A stretch of DNA of 58,892 bases from a virus (Duplodnaviria > Caudoviricetes), in IMG/VR virus record IMGVR_UViG_3300007516_000020, positions 1 to 58,892 of that record; one strand, 5' to 3'. The notes beneath the pieces were generated by a model, which was not told the DNA's origin, ran no database searches, and was given only the letters and a program-made list of their open reading frames with translations. Shown here in pieces: positions 31,998 to 41,832 of the stretch (the stretch's first letter is position 1; the number at the start of each line of letters is the position of its first letter). Both the position numbers and the translations under genes were made by a program.

Positions 31998-31999
31998 TG

Positions 32000-32027
32000 T
32001 CCTAGAACCTCCTAAAACGGCCCAGGA
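32000..32027. repeat. 28-bp dispersed repeat, copy 2
   Basis: 27/28 identical to 6133-6160. Confidence 0.85.
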
Positions 32028-32071
32028 GGGCTTATTCTTGGCTGGATGACTCAGGATAGAGGGAACAGCTA

Positions 32072-33919
32072 TTAGGAAGAGGAAAAGCCTCTATCTAAAG
32101 AGCGGAGATAGCTGGTTTCCCCACTTCTAGGATCAGGCATACTTTGTTGCAGGTTCGTGATGTTGGAATGACTGTTTTTGACATTGTTGATGACCATCCC
32201 ACCACTTCCGCCTGTTCCTACCATTTGATTAGACATTGCAGCAGCCCTCTGGAAGTCTGAAGCCTGGGCAAGACTCAATCCTGTCTGAGGATCAACAGGC
32301 GCCAATTCAGTAGGACTCATGAGAGACCCCACCGTTGGGGGTGTAGAACTACTCACCGCCGTTGGAGGCGTTGACGTAGATAATGTCATTCCGAGAGTCT
32401 TGGTAGCCTCTCTGACCATACTTGGTACTCTCTTAGCCGCAAGCTCTGGATCATCGGTTCTTGGAGTAAGTGGGTTACCTTGTTTATCCTTGAAGACTTC
32501 TCCATAGGACTTGGAAACTAACTGTGTGACTGCACCTATGGTTGCCCTCTCTTGAGGTGTTCCGACAGGGGCAGTTCGTCCCAAGAGTGACGCACTCGCC
32601 GCGGCATCGTACTGGCCACTCTTCAATCCTTCGGCCGCACTACTTTTCGCTTCAGTAGGAATCTTGCTCGCAAAGCTTTGTGCAAACTTGGCAATGGCAG
32701 AGGAATTCTCATTGGGTGTCGCCACCTTCTCATCATTCAACGACTGGAGCTTTCGCTGTGCGCGTTCGGCATCGGGCCCCTCTCCCTTTGCGGTCTCTGA
32801 TAACTTCATCATTCGTTCTTCAGGAGTCGCCGCTTTCTTTCCAGCTTTCCCGAAACTAATGGTATAGAGCAGGTCTTGCACATACTCAACGATGGTATCA
32901 AACATATCTTTGACCACATCAAGGAACTGGGTTGCCTTGTTGGATATCCAACTACCAGCATCACTGAAGGCTCGCTTGACACCCTCCCACATCCCAACCG
33001 CAGACTCTTTGAGTAACGTGAACGACAGCTTGAGTTTATCCCATTGCTCTATGAGCATACCAGCGGCGACTCCCAATAAGGCAAACGCGCCGACCAGGCC
33101 TAGTTTGAAGTTACCTATGAGGTCTTTGATAAAGTCGAATGCTGTGTTGGATACTTCCTTGACCTTCTCTTTTACTCCTCCAAGACGGCTAGGCTTTCTG
33201 CTTGCACCAGCTAGAGCGCCAGCATCCCTTTCGGCGTCTATTTGTTGCTGTGAGAGTTTCGCAGATAGCCTTTGGATGGTTTCAATGTTCGTGAGACGTG
33301 CGAGCATTTGTGAGAGGGTGCTCGCCATCTTCGTGAGGATGGGGGCACTGTCTCCGCCACGACCACTACTGCGCTCCATTGATGGACTCCCCATACCTCT
33401 ACCAAAGAACGGCGTAGGCAAATCCATTCCAGGTGCGAGGTCAGCAAACGAACGAACCGATTTCTCAGAGCGTCCCATGACTTTACCCGCTAGGGCTGTC
33501 AACAATCTGGAACCCCCAGTGACTTTCTTGACGATGTTGAGAGGATCGAACTTGTGTTTCAGTTGTGCGACCTTGAGCCCCATTGCGGCTTTTGCAGCAC
33601 CACCAATTCCACCACCGCCGGCGAGGTGCTCGGCTGCAACATCACCCATAGTTGCACCCTGCTCCATCTGAGTCCTGCGGAGTTGACCTTGCATCGCCTT
33701 TAGAGTTTCTTTATTTGCCTTTGCAAGTTCCTTTAGTGTCTCTTTTCCCAGTTCTACCTTTGGGCCTCGTGCAGTAGGTCTATGGTCATGGGAAATTTGC
33801 GCCCGGGCAACCTTCGCCACAGGTTTCTGAGCCTCGACAAGCTTGTCAAGACTTTCGTGCATTTCCTTGAATTGATCCTTTAAATCCTTGAACTCCTCGT
33901 TGTGTTTATCTTCAGCCAT
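32072..33919 (-). CDS. tape-measure / gp29-like hub protein
   Basis: 615 aa, helical Ala/Gly-rich with W-spaced segment and hydrophobic stretch; follows gp26/gp51. Confidence 0.6.
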   Translation of the reverse strand: MAEDKHNEEFKDLKDQFKEMHESLDKLVEAQKPVAKVARAQISHDHRPTARGPKVELGKETLKELAKANKETLKAMQGQLRRTQMEQGATMGDVAAEHLAGGGGIGGAAKAAMGLKVAQLKHKFDPLNIVKKVTGGSRLLTALAGKVMGRSEKSVRSFADLAPGMDLPTPFFGRGMGSPSMERSSGRGGDSAPILTKMASTLSQMLARLTNIETIQRLSAKLSQQQIDAERDAGALAGASRKPSRLGGVKEKVKEVSNTAFDFIKDLIGNFKLGLVGAFALLGVAAGMLIEQWDKLKLSFTLLKESAVGMWEGVKRAFSDAGSWISNKATQFLDVVKDMFDTIVEYVQDLLYTISFGKAGKKAATPEERMMKLSETAKGEGPDAERAQRKLQSLNDEKVATPNENSSAIAKFAQSFASKIPTEAKSSAAEGLKSGQYDAAASASLLGRTAPVGTPQERATIGAVTQLVSKSYGEVFKDKQGNPLTPRTDDPELAAKRVPSMVREATKTLGMTLSTSTPPTAVSSSTPPTVGSLMSPTELAPVDPQTGLSLAQASDFQRAAAMSNQMVGTGGSGGMVINNVKNSHSNITNLQQSMPDPRSGETSYLRSLDRGFSSS

Positions 33920-34136
33920 GTTTTGTCCTTGCTCGTGAAGCGTTTGCTGCGTTGAGTGCCTTGATTCGTTCGTTCTCTCGTTCGACTCGTTGCTGGACCA
34001 GGGTCAAGTAAATCAACTTCTCCCAGGGTATCATGTCTTCAAGTTCTGAGATAGAAAATTTATGATCCTGAACCAAAGCGAAAGTAGTTGTATAATAGTT
34101 CGCTAGATTATCATGGCTCAGGATTAGACGAAAAAA
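33912..34136 (-). CDS. 51: gp51-like baseplate hub assembly frame without canonical start (probable -1 frameshift extension of gp26)
   Basis: LSHDNLANYYTTTFALVQDHKFSISELEDMIPWEKLIY; slippery T TTT TTC at 34136-34130. Confidence 0.8.
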   Translation of the reverse strand, partial: FFRLILSHDNLANYYTTTFALVQDHKFSISELEDMIPWEKLIYLTLVQQRVERENERIKALNAANASRARTKHG

Positions 34137-34864
34137 TTCTCAAGTCCCTTTATCATGATCTCTTCTTGGTATGCACACTTTGGACAGTTGAACTGGATAG
34201 GATGCTGGATCTTCGGCATTGTATCAAAGAACACATCCATTTTTTCCACTTGCTGTTTCGTCATATCATCCACAAACTCTTGAACGTCAGATGGTGTCAC
34301 GTCCTTGGTGTAGGTCACATTGTCGGCATCGTGGATCGATTCAATACAATCGATCAGGAATGCAAACGCTTCATCCGCTGGAAGATCCTTCCTGGAAATG
34401 GTACGGAAGGACTTGAATGTAGGATAACGGAACGTAAGACCCACGTCACCAGTCAATTGCACAACTTTCGAGTGACCCGGCGCAAAGCCTGGCTTGATAT
34501 CCAACAGATTGACCTCGTAGCTCGATACTGCACCGCATATTACAGATACTCCATTAGCATCCGTGACATTCTGGTTGCAACGATAGTCCAGCTTGACTAC
34601 TTCGCCGATACTGCGGGCCCTGAGATTCAGGAATAAAAATTCAACATCAAACAAGGGAAGCTTGTCGATATCTATTCCTGAGATAACCCCAACACAGTTA
34701 TCTAGGACCATCTTTGCTGAATTCAGGATGGTCGCAGTTTCATCCGACTGCATCGCGGTGATTAGCATCTTCTCTTCTTTCACGAGGAACGGTCGAAAAG
34801 ACACTTTCAATCCAGACGGACATACCACATCATAGAGGGTGATAGGTAGTTTCGGTAATGCCAT
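34124..34864 (-). CDS. 26: baseplate hub assembly protein gp26
   Basis: MALPKL, FRPFLVKEEK, FDVEFLFLNLRARSIGE, FFDTMPK, CPKC, GLENFF. Confidence 0.92.
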   Translation of the reverse strand: MALPKLPITLYDVVCPSGLKVSFRPFLVKEEKMLITAMQSDETATILNSAKMVLDNCVGVISGIDIDKLPLFDVEFLFLNLRARSIGEVVKLDYRCNQNVTDANGVSVICGAVSSYEVNLLDIKPGFAPGHSKVVQLTGDVGLTFRYPTFKSFRTISRKDLPADEAFAFLIDCIESIHDADNVTYTKDVTPSDVQEFVDDMTKQQVEKMDVFFDTMPKIQHPIQFNCPKCAYQEEIMIKGLENFFV

Positions 34865-34884
34865 AATAATACTCCATTCTTAGA

Positions 34885-35532
34885 TTATGATTGACTGCTT
34901 CCCTTTGGAGGAACCGGAGCGGACCCTGATGGTGGTTGTGCGAGTTTCACGACACCTACGGTGCCTAGGGTATACCATTCATACGCAAGTGTTACAGAGA
35001 CACGATGCAACCCATCTTCCGACCAAGCCACAGGCATTTGATTGATCGCGGTGGGAAAGGCCTTGTGCATGGTCCAGACGGCAATTGCGGCAAGTCCTTC
35101 ACCTCGCACTTGTGGCTTGGCAACAGAGAACCCGGGTGCGGTATCTGTCACATCATATTGTGTGAGTGTGACAGGGTAACGATATGCCTGTGGGTATTGG
35201 AGAATGTTGTTCTCAGGATTATAGATGCTACTCATCCATGATTCAAAGAACCCGCGAATCACAAATGATCCTGTTTCCAAGAAGTTGAGTGTGATTTCCT
35301 GATAGACAGATTGGTAAGGGGTCTTGTACGTTGGTCCATAGGTACGTGAATCATTTGAGACGATCTGTCGACCTGGCAATTCTGTTGCCTCACAGCGCAA
35401 CCCCAAGACCCTCTGAATATCGGAGAATTTCTCATCATTCGACAAGACAGGAATAGAGACAAGATAATGAGAAGTCTTAGAAACACCATAACGACTGATC
35501 GATGATAGGAAGTCTCTGAGTTGACCCGCCAT
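34885..35532 (-). CDS. gp19/gp54-family tail tube initiator
   Basis: LRCEATELPG, FFESWM, AFPTAI, SVTLAYEWY. Confidence 0.75.
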   Translation of the reverse strand: MAGQLRDFLSSISRYGVSKTSHYLVSIPVLSNDEKFSDIQRVLGLRCEATELPGRQIVSNDSRTYGPTYKTPYQSVYQEITLNFLETGSFVIRGFFESWMSSIYNPENNILQYPQAYRYPVTLTQYDVTDTAPGFSVAKPQVRGEGLAAIAVWTMHKAFPTAINQMPVAWSEDGLHRVSVTLAYEWYTLGTVGVVKLAQPPSGSAPVPPKGSSQS

Positions 35533-35533
35533 G

Positions 35534-36190
35534 TTAGTATTTCTCCTTGCTGTCTTTCCAAACTTGTTCTTTGTGAACGCTCGATCCGCGAGCCTTGCGA
35601 GTTTGTGAGTCTTCGTTCATGGCCGCGCGTTGTGTCTTCTGTAGCTGTGCTCTAAAATCTTGCACTGGCAATGTGGCAGCGATATCCCATTCCTCTGGGG
35701 GGATTTCGATATACCTGGACATCACATGACCAGCAAGGTAACGCTTCACACACGGTGTGGCTCGATATAACTGTGACATCGCGGAAAGGATCGGGTAACT
35801 CATCTTCAATCGTGTGTGTTCATCATTTGGGGACCCTGTAGCGAAGCGTCTAAGCTGCGTCAAGAGGATCATCCTATCCCTGGGGTAAATGTAGTGTAGA
35901 TTCAATCCCAAGAACCCATCTGGGTAGCGTTGCAGAGGGATAACCAACGGGAAACGATCCCAGTAGGGCAAGTCTTCCTTGGTCTTGGCACTATACATAA
36001 AAAAGTAGAATCGGCCGATCATCGTCCTGGTACGCTGTTGTTCACGATCCTTGATGATCTCCATACGGTCTTTGGCCGTAGGATTCAGCTTGGCCATCTT
36101 TTGGAGTAGCCAAGACCTTCCAAAAGCCGAGGACGTATCCACGTTCTTCTGTACAACCTGTTCTCTGATGCGAGTGATAATAGTGCCCAT
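35534..36190 (-). CDS. 2: DNA end protector gp2
   Basis: KEDLPYWDRFPL, GFLGLNLHY, CVKRYL; start reset to ATG 36190 after late promoter. Confidence 0.9.
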   Translation of the reverse strand: MGTIITRIREQVVQKNVDTSSAFGRSWLLQKMAKLNPTAKDRMEIIKDREQQRTRTMIGRFYFFMYSAKTKEDLPYWDRFPLVIPLQRYPDGFLGLNLHYIYPRDRMILLTQLRRFATGSPNDEHTRLKMSYPILSAMSQLYRATPCVKRYLAGHVMSRYIEIPPEEWDIAATLPVQDFRAQLQKTQRAAMNEDSQTRKARGSSVHKEQVWKDSKEKY

Positions 36191-36195
36191 GGTCC

Positions 36196-36203
36196 TATTT
36201 ATG
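36196..36203 (-). promoter_or_regulatory. late promoter for gp2
   Basis: CATAAATA on minus strand. Confidence 0.65.
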
Positions 36204-36206
36204 CAT

Positions 36207-36656
36207 TCAGAAAGAGAAATTCTTCTCTGTGATGACCTGGAAGTTCCAGCCCTGTTTTTTAGCGAACTCGACGGCTGCGTTCCATTTGGCATGGTTGGTA
36301 GCCACATCGCGAACTTCTTGGAGATATTGCCTACTGGTACGCTTCGGGGCTGTTCGAAGGTTAGTTTGGTAGTCGGGTTTGATTTCAATGATGGTGACCG
36401 TTATTTCTCCTGTACGAGTGAGGGCTCTTACCAGGAAATCGGGGAAATAGCGTCGGATTCGGTTAGAGACAGGATCAAAGTATTTTATCACCAGTTCCTC
36501 ACTCGCCCACGACAAGACTTTCTCATTTTGATCTAACTGATGCATGAATTTCAATTCCCAGGAGGAGCGATAGACGATGTTGTTTGCGTTCCCCACATAT
36601 TTGTTGGGAAACTTTGGTGTGAAAATTCCTTTATGTGATGTTCTCCTGGTTCCCAT
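36207..36656 (-). CDS. 4: head completion nuclease gp4
   Basis: KYVGN..NIVYRSSWE, WASEE, RYFPDF, IEIKP, NHAKW. Confidence 0.92.
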   Translation of the reverse strand: MGTRRTSHKGIFTPKFPNKYVGNANNIVYRSSWELKFMHQLDQNEKVLSWASEELVIKYFDPVSNRIRRYFPDFLVRALTRTGEITVTIIEIKPDYQTNLRTAPKRTSRQYLQEVRDVATNHAKWNAAVEFAKKQGWNFQVITEKNFSF

Positions 36657-36672
36657 GCGTCTCCTAAGGTGA

Positions 36673-36710
36673 CATAAATAGACTTGGACATTCATTGGAG
36701 GTTATTTATG
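36673..36710. promoter_or_regulatory. facing pair of late promoters between divergent gp4 and gp48 genes
   Basis: CATAAATA + at 36673-36680 and - at 36703-36710. Confidence 0.65.
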
Positions 36711-37802
36711 CCAGAGCCGGGGTTCATAGAAACACTAAAAAACGGAGCACAAGCTGTTGGTGATGCCGTGGGTACAGTGTTCAACAAGCTAGAAGCGGTT
36801 GCTGGCACAGAAACCAAGGAACAAGGTATAGCCCGGCGCAAAGATCAGACCGATTTCAGCTACACTCATCTAATATATCCTAGTGATTTATCGCCTACGT
36901 CACGCAATCCATATTGGATAACCTTCTATATCAATAAGCAACTCTTGTCCTCGTTCAATAATGGTAGTAGTGAGGGAGCGTTTGCGAAGCTTGCCAACGG
37001 AAGAAAAGGATCACCCATACAATCGACAGCACAGATCAACGCTAACCAATCTCGCAACCTTCAACGGAACTTCAAAGGTTCAAACGTCGGATTCGGTCGA
37101 AAGACACAGCGCACTAAAATGGCCATCCGATTGTTCATGCCCGATGGACTAAGCTGGAGCTATTCTAACGGTTACAAGGATGCGAGTATTTCGGGTATCA
37201 ATGGAATGGGTATTGCCTCTTCCCTCTCTACCATCGCCCCTCTCTATCGTTCTTCAGCGGAAGCCGCAAAGAAAGGTGGAATCGAGGGGGTCATGGCAAG
37301 CTTACAGTCTAATGAACTGAAGGCGGCTGCCGGCCCTGCATTTGAGGTTTTTGGAGATGCAACTGGACAGGGCTCCGAATTTGGGGCCGCCTTCCTTGGT
37401 CTTGCTGTGAACCCACAGGTTGACGTGATCTACATCTCCCCCGAACTTCGCCAGTTCACGTTTGACTTTTTATTTGCTCCCCAGACTGCTAGAGACGCCG
37501 GCGTCGTGCAAGAGATTATCAAGCAGTTCAAATTTCACTCAGCACCAGAAATGTTCGGTGGTAAAGAGGGTACAGGTATTGGAATTGGTCGTTACTATGT
37601 TCCTCCCGCCGAGTTTGACATCGAATTCTCTGTTAACACGATGGGAAGAATCTCAACCTGTGTCCTTCAGAACATTACTCTGGACTATGCGCCTTCAGGC
37701 ACCGCGTTTTATGTAGACGGAAAACCTGTCAATATTCGTATGACACTGCAATTCAAGGAATTGGAGTTTATCACCAAGGCACTTGTTGAGAAGGGGTTCT
37801 AA
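36708..37802 (+). CDS. 48: baseplate tail-tube cap gp48
   Basis: LIYPSDL, LFMP, AVNP, RQFTFDFLFAP, LQFKELE. Confidence 0.85.
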   Translation: MPEPGFIETLKNGAQAVGDAVGTVFNKLEAVAGTETKEQGIARRKDQTDFSYTHLIYPSDLSPTSRNPYWITFYINKQLLSSFNNGSSEGAFAKLANGRKGSPIQSTAQINANQSRNLQRNFKGSNVGFGRKTQRTKMAIRLFMPDGLSWSYSNGYKDASISGINGMGIASSLSTIAPLYRSSAEAAKKGGIEGVMASLQSNELKAAAGPAFEVFGDATGQGSEFGAAFLGLAVNPQVDVIYISPELRQFTFDFLFAPQTARDAGVVQEIIKQFKFHSAPEMFGGKEGTGIGIGRYYVPPAEFDIEFSVNTMGRISTCVLQNITLDYAPSGTAFYVDGKPVNIRMTLQFKELEFITKALVEKGF

Positions 37803-38423
37803 ATGCCAGGATCTTATTTTTCGAATTTCCCGTACATTGGTTACTCACTGAATTCCTCAGCCCAACCAGGCGAACTGCAATGGGTGACGGATATCTTTCG
37901 TCGTGTTGCACCTATCAGAAACCTTCTGAAGAACACAGAGATATTCTATTCCTATCAGGTCGTCGAAGGGGAAACCCCTGAGATGTTAGCAGATCGAATT
38001 TATGGCAGTCCTAAGTATCATTGGGTTATCACACTGATCAATAATATCCTGGACCCTCAACTGGACTGGCCAAAGGACTATGCCTACTTGGTGCGTTTTA
38101 TCATTGACAAGTATGGTTCGGTTGCAGCCGCGAGTGGATCGATCCACCACTACACGATGACGCTATCCAAGGTCGATTCTATCGGAAACTCAAGTCAGGA
38201 GACGTTCATCATCGATGTAGAGAAGTATACCTCATTGACCAGTCTCGTGCCAGTGGTTACAACCTTCAATAGTGGCGCAACAGTCACCGTCACAACTACT
38301 CGTGGAATCGTGGACAACTTTACCTATGAGACAGATCTCAACGAAGAGAAGAGGAACATTCAACTCCTCCAAGAATCCTTCCTTCCACAGATCGTCGCCG
38401 AACTTGAGAGATTACTAGCATAA
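37803..38423 (+). CDS. 53: baseplate wedge gp53
   Basis: YFSNFP, GETPEMLADRIYG, WVITLIN.I.DPQLDWP, NEEKRNI. Confidence 0.9.
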   Translation: MPGSYFSNFPYIGYSLNSSAQPGELQWVTDIFRRVAPIRNLLKNTEIFYSYQVVEGETPEMLADRIYGSPKYHWVITLINNILDPQLDWPKDYAYLVRFIIDKYGSVAAASGSIHHYTMTLSKVDSIGNSSQETFIIDVEKYTSLTSLVPVVTTFNSGATVTVTTTRGIVDNFTYETDLNEEKRNIQLLQESFLPQIVAELERLLA

Positions 38424-39736
38424 TGCCTATTCAAGATGGTCTTGGACAATCAACAGATTTCGATCTCGCTAGCCTAACCATAGTCAGTGCGGGAGGTCAG
38501 AGAGTCGATCTCCGTGAGGTCATGCGAGAGCTGAGTCTCTATGAGGATCTGTTCGGTAATGTCATGACGGGCAGTGTGTTCATTAGTGACACGCAAAATC
38601 TCATCAATATCCTCCCAATCGTCGGTGGGGAATTCCTTTTGGTGACTCTCAAGAAGCCCTCCGCCCTTCTGAAGATCGAGAAGGTGTTTCGTGTCTACAA
38701 GATCACCAATCGTCGAAAAGCTTCTCCTAGCTCGGAAGATTATATTCTACACTTCTGTTCTGAGGAATTGGCGATCAATGAATCCACACGAGTTTCAAAC
38801 TCCTATAAACAACTGACCATCTCTGCCATCGTGAGGGATATCACAACCAATTATCTCAAGATTGATTCTAAGAAGTTACCATTCCAGGAAATCACCCAGA
38901 CTGTTGGGAATTTTGATATCGTGATTCCCTACTGGTCGCCGTTCCACGCCATCAATTGGTTGTGCCGCATGGCGAGAACCAGCACGGCGCCTGGATGCTC
39001 ATTTGTGTTCTTTGAGGATACTACCGGTTTTCACTTCACCTCCATCGAATTACTCTCACAGCAAGAGCCTATCCAGATCATCAATTTCATGCCTCTCAAT
39101 CTTGCGGGGCAGACACGAGAGAAAAGCGAAAAGTCTGATACCCAGATGCGTATGGAGTCAGCGGAAGATTATGAACTTACCAACTCTCCTGATTTACTAC
39201 GCAGCATCACCACTGGTGCCTATGCGAGTAAGCTGGTGCGCGTGAATACTCTCGACCAACAGGTCAAGTTCTCTACCCTAGACGGAATTGATTTTTTCGG
39301 TAGGACGAAACATACCAACGACAGCACGTTCATGCAAGCACGACAGGATAGAATGCATGTACCTCAAAATCAGCGTCATGATGCACACTATAGAGTGGCG
39401 GTCGACACGCTGAAGGTGGAAACATGGATGCTGCAACGCAATGCCTATTTGTCCAGCCTACACGGATTCCAATTGAAGATCTCAATTGCAGGTAACATGA
39501 ACATGAGGGTCGGGCTCGTCGTAGTCCTCAACCTTCCCGCGGCGTCGATAGGACTCACAGAAGGTAAACCTATGGACATATTATATTCTGGAAACTATTT
39601 GATCACTGCGATCCAGCACAAAATTGACCGCAATAAGTATGTGTGTATTCTTGAGTTATCAAAGGATTCTATCAATACACCACTACCATTCAGCCTTGAG
39701 GGAAGCCCCTTTATGAATAGATTGAGGAGTGCATAA
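38423..39736 (+). CDS. baseplate hub protein (gp27-like)
   Basis: YEDLFG..MTG, PFHAINW, FVFFE, SGNYLITAIQH; between gp53 and gp5. Confidence 0.7.
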   Translation: MPIQDGLGQSTDFDLASLTIVSAGGQRVDLREVMRELSLYEDLFGNVMTGSVFISDTQNLINILPIVGGEFLLVTLKKPSALLKIEKVFRVYKITNRRKASPSSEDYILHFCSEELAINESTRVSNSYKQLTISAIVRDITTNYLKIDSKKLPFQEITQTVGNFDIVIPYWSPFHAINWLCRMARTSTAPGCSFVFFEDTTGFHFTSIELLSQQEPIQIINFMPLNLAGQTREKSEKSDTQMRMESAEDYELTNSPDLLRSITTGAYASKLVRVNTLDQQVKFSTLDGIDFFGRTKHTNDSTFMQARQDRMHVPQNQRHDAHYRVAVDTLKVETWMLQRNAYLSSLHGFQLKISIAGNMNMRVGLVVVLNLPAASIGLTEGKPMDILYSGNYLITAIQHKIDRNKYVCILELSKDSINTPLPFSLEGSPFMNRLRSA

Positions 39737-39737
39737 G

Positions 39738-40706
39738 ATGAACCAATCTGACTTGGGGGATCAGTTCATATGGTGGACAGGTGTGGTGGAAAGCCGACAG
39801 GACCCCTTGAAGGTAGGTCGTTGCCAGGTGCGTATTGCGGGTTCCCATACAGAAGTCAAATCGATCATTCCCACAAATTTCCTTCCATGGGCACAGGTCA
39901 TTCTTCCACCGAATGATAGTGCCTCACTTCAGATCAAGGAAGGTGACTATGTGGTGGGATTTTACTTGGATGGATCAGATCGACAGGTGCCTATCATCAT
40001 GGGTATCCTTCCTGGTATTCCCGTTGCACAAGGATCAATCACCACAGGATTTAGTGATCCTCGCACAGGACCAGAATTGTCTAGCGCACCACGCAAACCA
40101 GGCGCAAGTCCATCACGACACCCTATTCGTTTGAATGAACCGACATTCTCACGCTTGTCTCGCAATGAAAAGATTACTGATACCCCCGTAGCATCAAAGA
40201 AGATTGGTGTGAAGGTTGCAGTACCAGAAGCAGGTGGCGGAGTATGGAATGAACCCCCGACCCCATATGGTACAGTGTATCCTTATAATCGAGTCATGGA
40301 AACAGAGTCAGGTCACATTCTTGAGTTTGACGATACACCTGGCGCAGAACGAATTCATATTTACCATCGCTCAGGAACATTTGAAGAAGTGCACCCAGAC
40401 GGCACCAAGGTCACCCATATTGAGGAGAGTGCCTACGAGATTGTCTTGTCAGACAAGAAAGTCTTCATCAAGGGTGATCTTTCCATCACGACTGGTGGGA
40501 ATCTCAACCTAAAAGCTGGTCAAAGTGTAAACATTGAAGCCGGTCTAAATATTGTCTTGAATTCACTCGGTAGTGTGGTCACTCAGGCAGCTTTAGGTAT
40601 CTTCACCACGACTGTTGGCCCCATGGCATTTAATGGACTCCCTATCAATTGGAACGGTCCTCCTGTGGTTGTCCTTCCACCTCCGATTCCTGTGAGTGGA
40701 GTTTAA
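39738..40706 (+). CDS. 5: baseplate spike gp5 (OB-fold plus beta-helix, no lysozyme domain)
   Basis: WWTGVVE.RQDP..GRC.VRI.G.H, YPYNRV.ETESGH..EFDDTPG.ERI. Confidence 0.92.
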   Translation: MNQSDLGDQFIWWTGVVESRQDPLKVGRCQVRIAGSHTEVKSIIPTNFLPWAQVILPPNDSASLQIKEGDYVVGFYLDGSDRQVPIIMGILPGIPVAQGSITTGFSDPRTGPELSSAPRKPGASPSRHPIRLNEPTFSRLSRNEKITDTPVASKKIGVKVAVPEAGGGVWNEPPTPYGTVYPYNRVMETESGHILEFDDTPGAERIHIYHRSGTFEEVHPDGTKVTHIEESAYEIVLSDKKVFIKGDLSITTGGNLNLKAGQSVNIEAGLNIVLNSLGSVVTQAALGIFTTTVGPMAFNGLPINWNGPPVVVLPPPIPVSGV

Positions 40707-40707
40707 C

Positions 40708-41019
40708 ATGCCAATCGCACTTCCTGTCGTTCGTATGGGTGTGGATATGTGTAGCGGTCACCCGGCAGGACCGACATATTTTCCACCAAGACCGTCATTG
40801 ACAGGATCAACAGATGTTTTTGTAGAAGGGCTGCCCCTTGTTCGATCCTCCATCGATACCTGGACGCCCCACACAAATCTCATTAGTGTGCATCCTAGTA
40901 TGGGTGTAGGTGGTTCTCAGACTGTGTTCTGTAATGGAGTCCCTGTCATGCGCGTGGGCGATCCTCTTGATTGCGGATCAGTTGCCGCAATGGGTTCATC
41001 AACAGTCTTTTGTGGATAA
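40708..41019 (+). CDS. PAAR spike-tip protein (gp5.4)
   Basis: D.CSGH, RVGDPLDCGS..AMGSSTVF. Confidence 0.92.
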   Translation: MPIALPVVRMGVDMCSGHPAGPTYFPPRPSLTGSTDVFVEGLPLVRSSIDTWTPHTNLISVHPSMGVGGSQTVFCNGVPVMRVGDPLDCGSVAAMGSSTVFCG

Positions 41020-41028
41020 GGAGTTTTT

Positions 41029-41814
41029 GTGGCTTTTGATTTTGACTTCTCCCATATACCAGGAGGGCTAAGCCTTCCCGTACTACCAGAATCATCTACA
41101 GGCATCACTAATGTCTCCAGGAGTCTTGTGGACAAGATCACCACAGACCCAGGTAGCCTCTTCTCCAATCCTATGATCAACTCTGTCAACTTTCTTGGAG
41201 ATGGGGTATCTCGCTTGGAAACCAAGATGACGGGTATCTCAACGGGTGCTGAATTTAGTCCTAGCATCACCCAGGCAGATGCCGCGCAATATCTCTCAGA
41301 CGATCCTCTACAAGATATCCGATCCTCTATGGGAAATTTCATGATGCACACAGACCGTCTTTCGGGATTGCTCAAGAGTCAAGGGGTCCAGGCGCCTGGG
41401 TTGCAACAAATCTTGTCGATTGGTACACAGATGCAGAATATGGCAACACTCCTACAAGCTGGCAGTGGGTGCCTTCCTCTGATCGGTGGGGCCACAGGAC
41501 TATTCTCGCAAGATGCATTCAATGGGTTCCTAGGAACCGTGGAAGGATTACTTTCAAGGATTGAGCGCGGTGCGGCTACCATTGCAGATGTTGTGGACAC
41601 CATGGCGGGGTTGGCAAATCTCATTCGCGGTATCGCAAGCAAGGACAGCCAATTCCTCCAAAATGCCATCAATCAGTTACAAGCCGCTTCTGTGGGATTG
41701 ATCCTAGAGGCACTGAATTCCAATCCCTGTGCTGCGTTTGTGTTTCAGACCATTTCAAATACGAATCCAGGTGGATTGTTGAACGTCTTGAGTCAACCCA
41801 TCGACAGACAATAA
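41029..41814 (+). CDS. hypothetical helical protein
   Basis: AGGAG RBS; 261 aa between PAAR and gp25. Confidence 0.75.
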   Translation: MAFDFDFSHIPGGLSLPVLPESSTGITNVSRSLVDKITTDPGSLFSNPMINSVNFLGDGVSRLETKMTGISTGAEFSPSITQADAAQYLSDDPLQDIRSSMGNFMMHTDRLSGLLKSQGVQAPGLQQILSIGTQMQNMATLLQAGSGCLPLIGGATGLFSQDAFNGFLGTVEGLLSRIERGAATIADVVDTMAGLANLIRGIASKDSQFLQNAINQLQAASVGLILEALNSNPCAAFVFQTISNTNPGGLLNVLSQPIDRQ

Positions 41815-41816
41815 CA

Positions 41817-41824
41817 CATAAATA
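41817..41824 (+). promoter_or_regulatory. late promoter
   Basis: CATAAATA. Confidence 0.7.
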
Positions 41825-41832
41825 CGAGGACT

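Noticed and set aside
32892-33671. 259-aa + strand ORF (also 31257..31988 on -)
   Set aside because: Antisense to well-supported genes; no independent signals.
36207-36656. TnsA transposase
   Set aside because: Same fold, but motifs and synteny identify head completion gp4.
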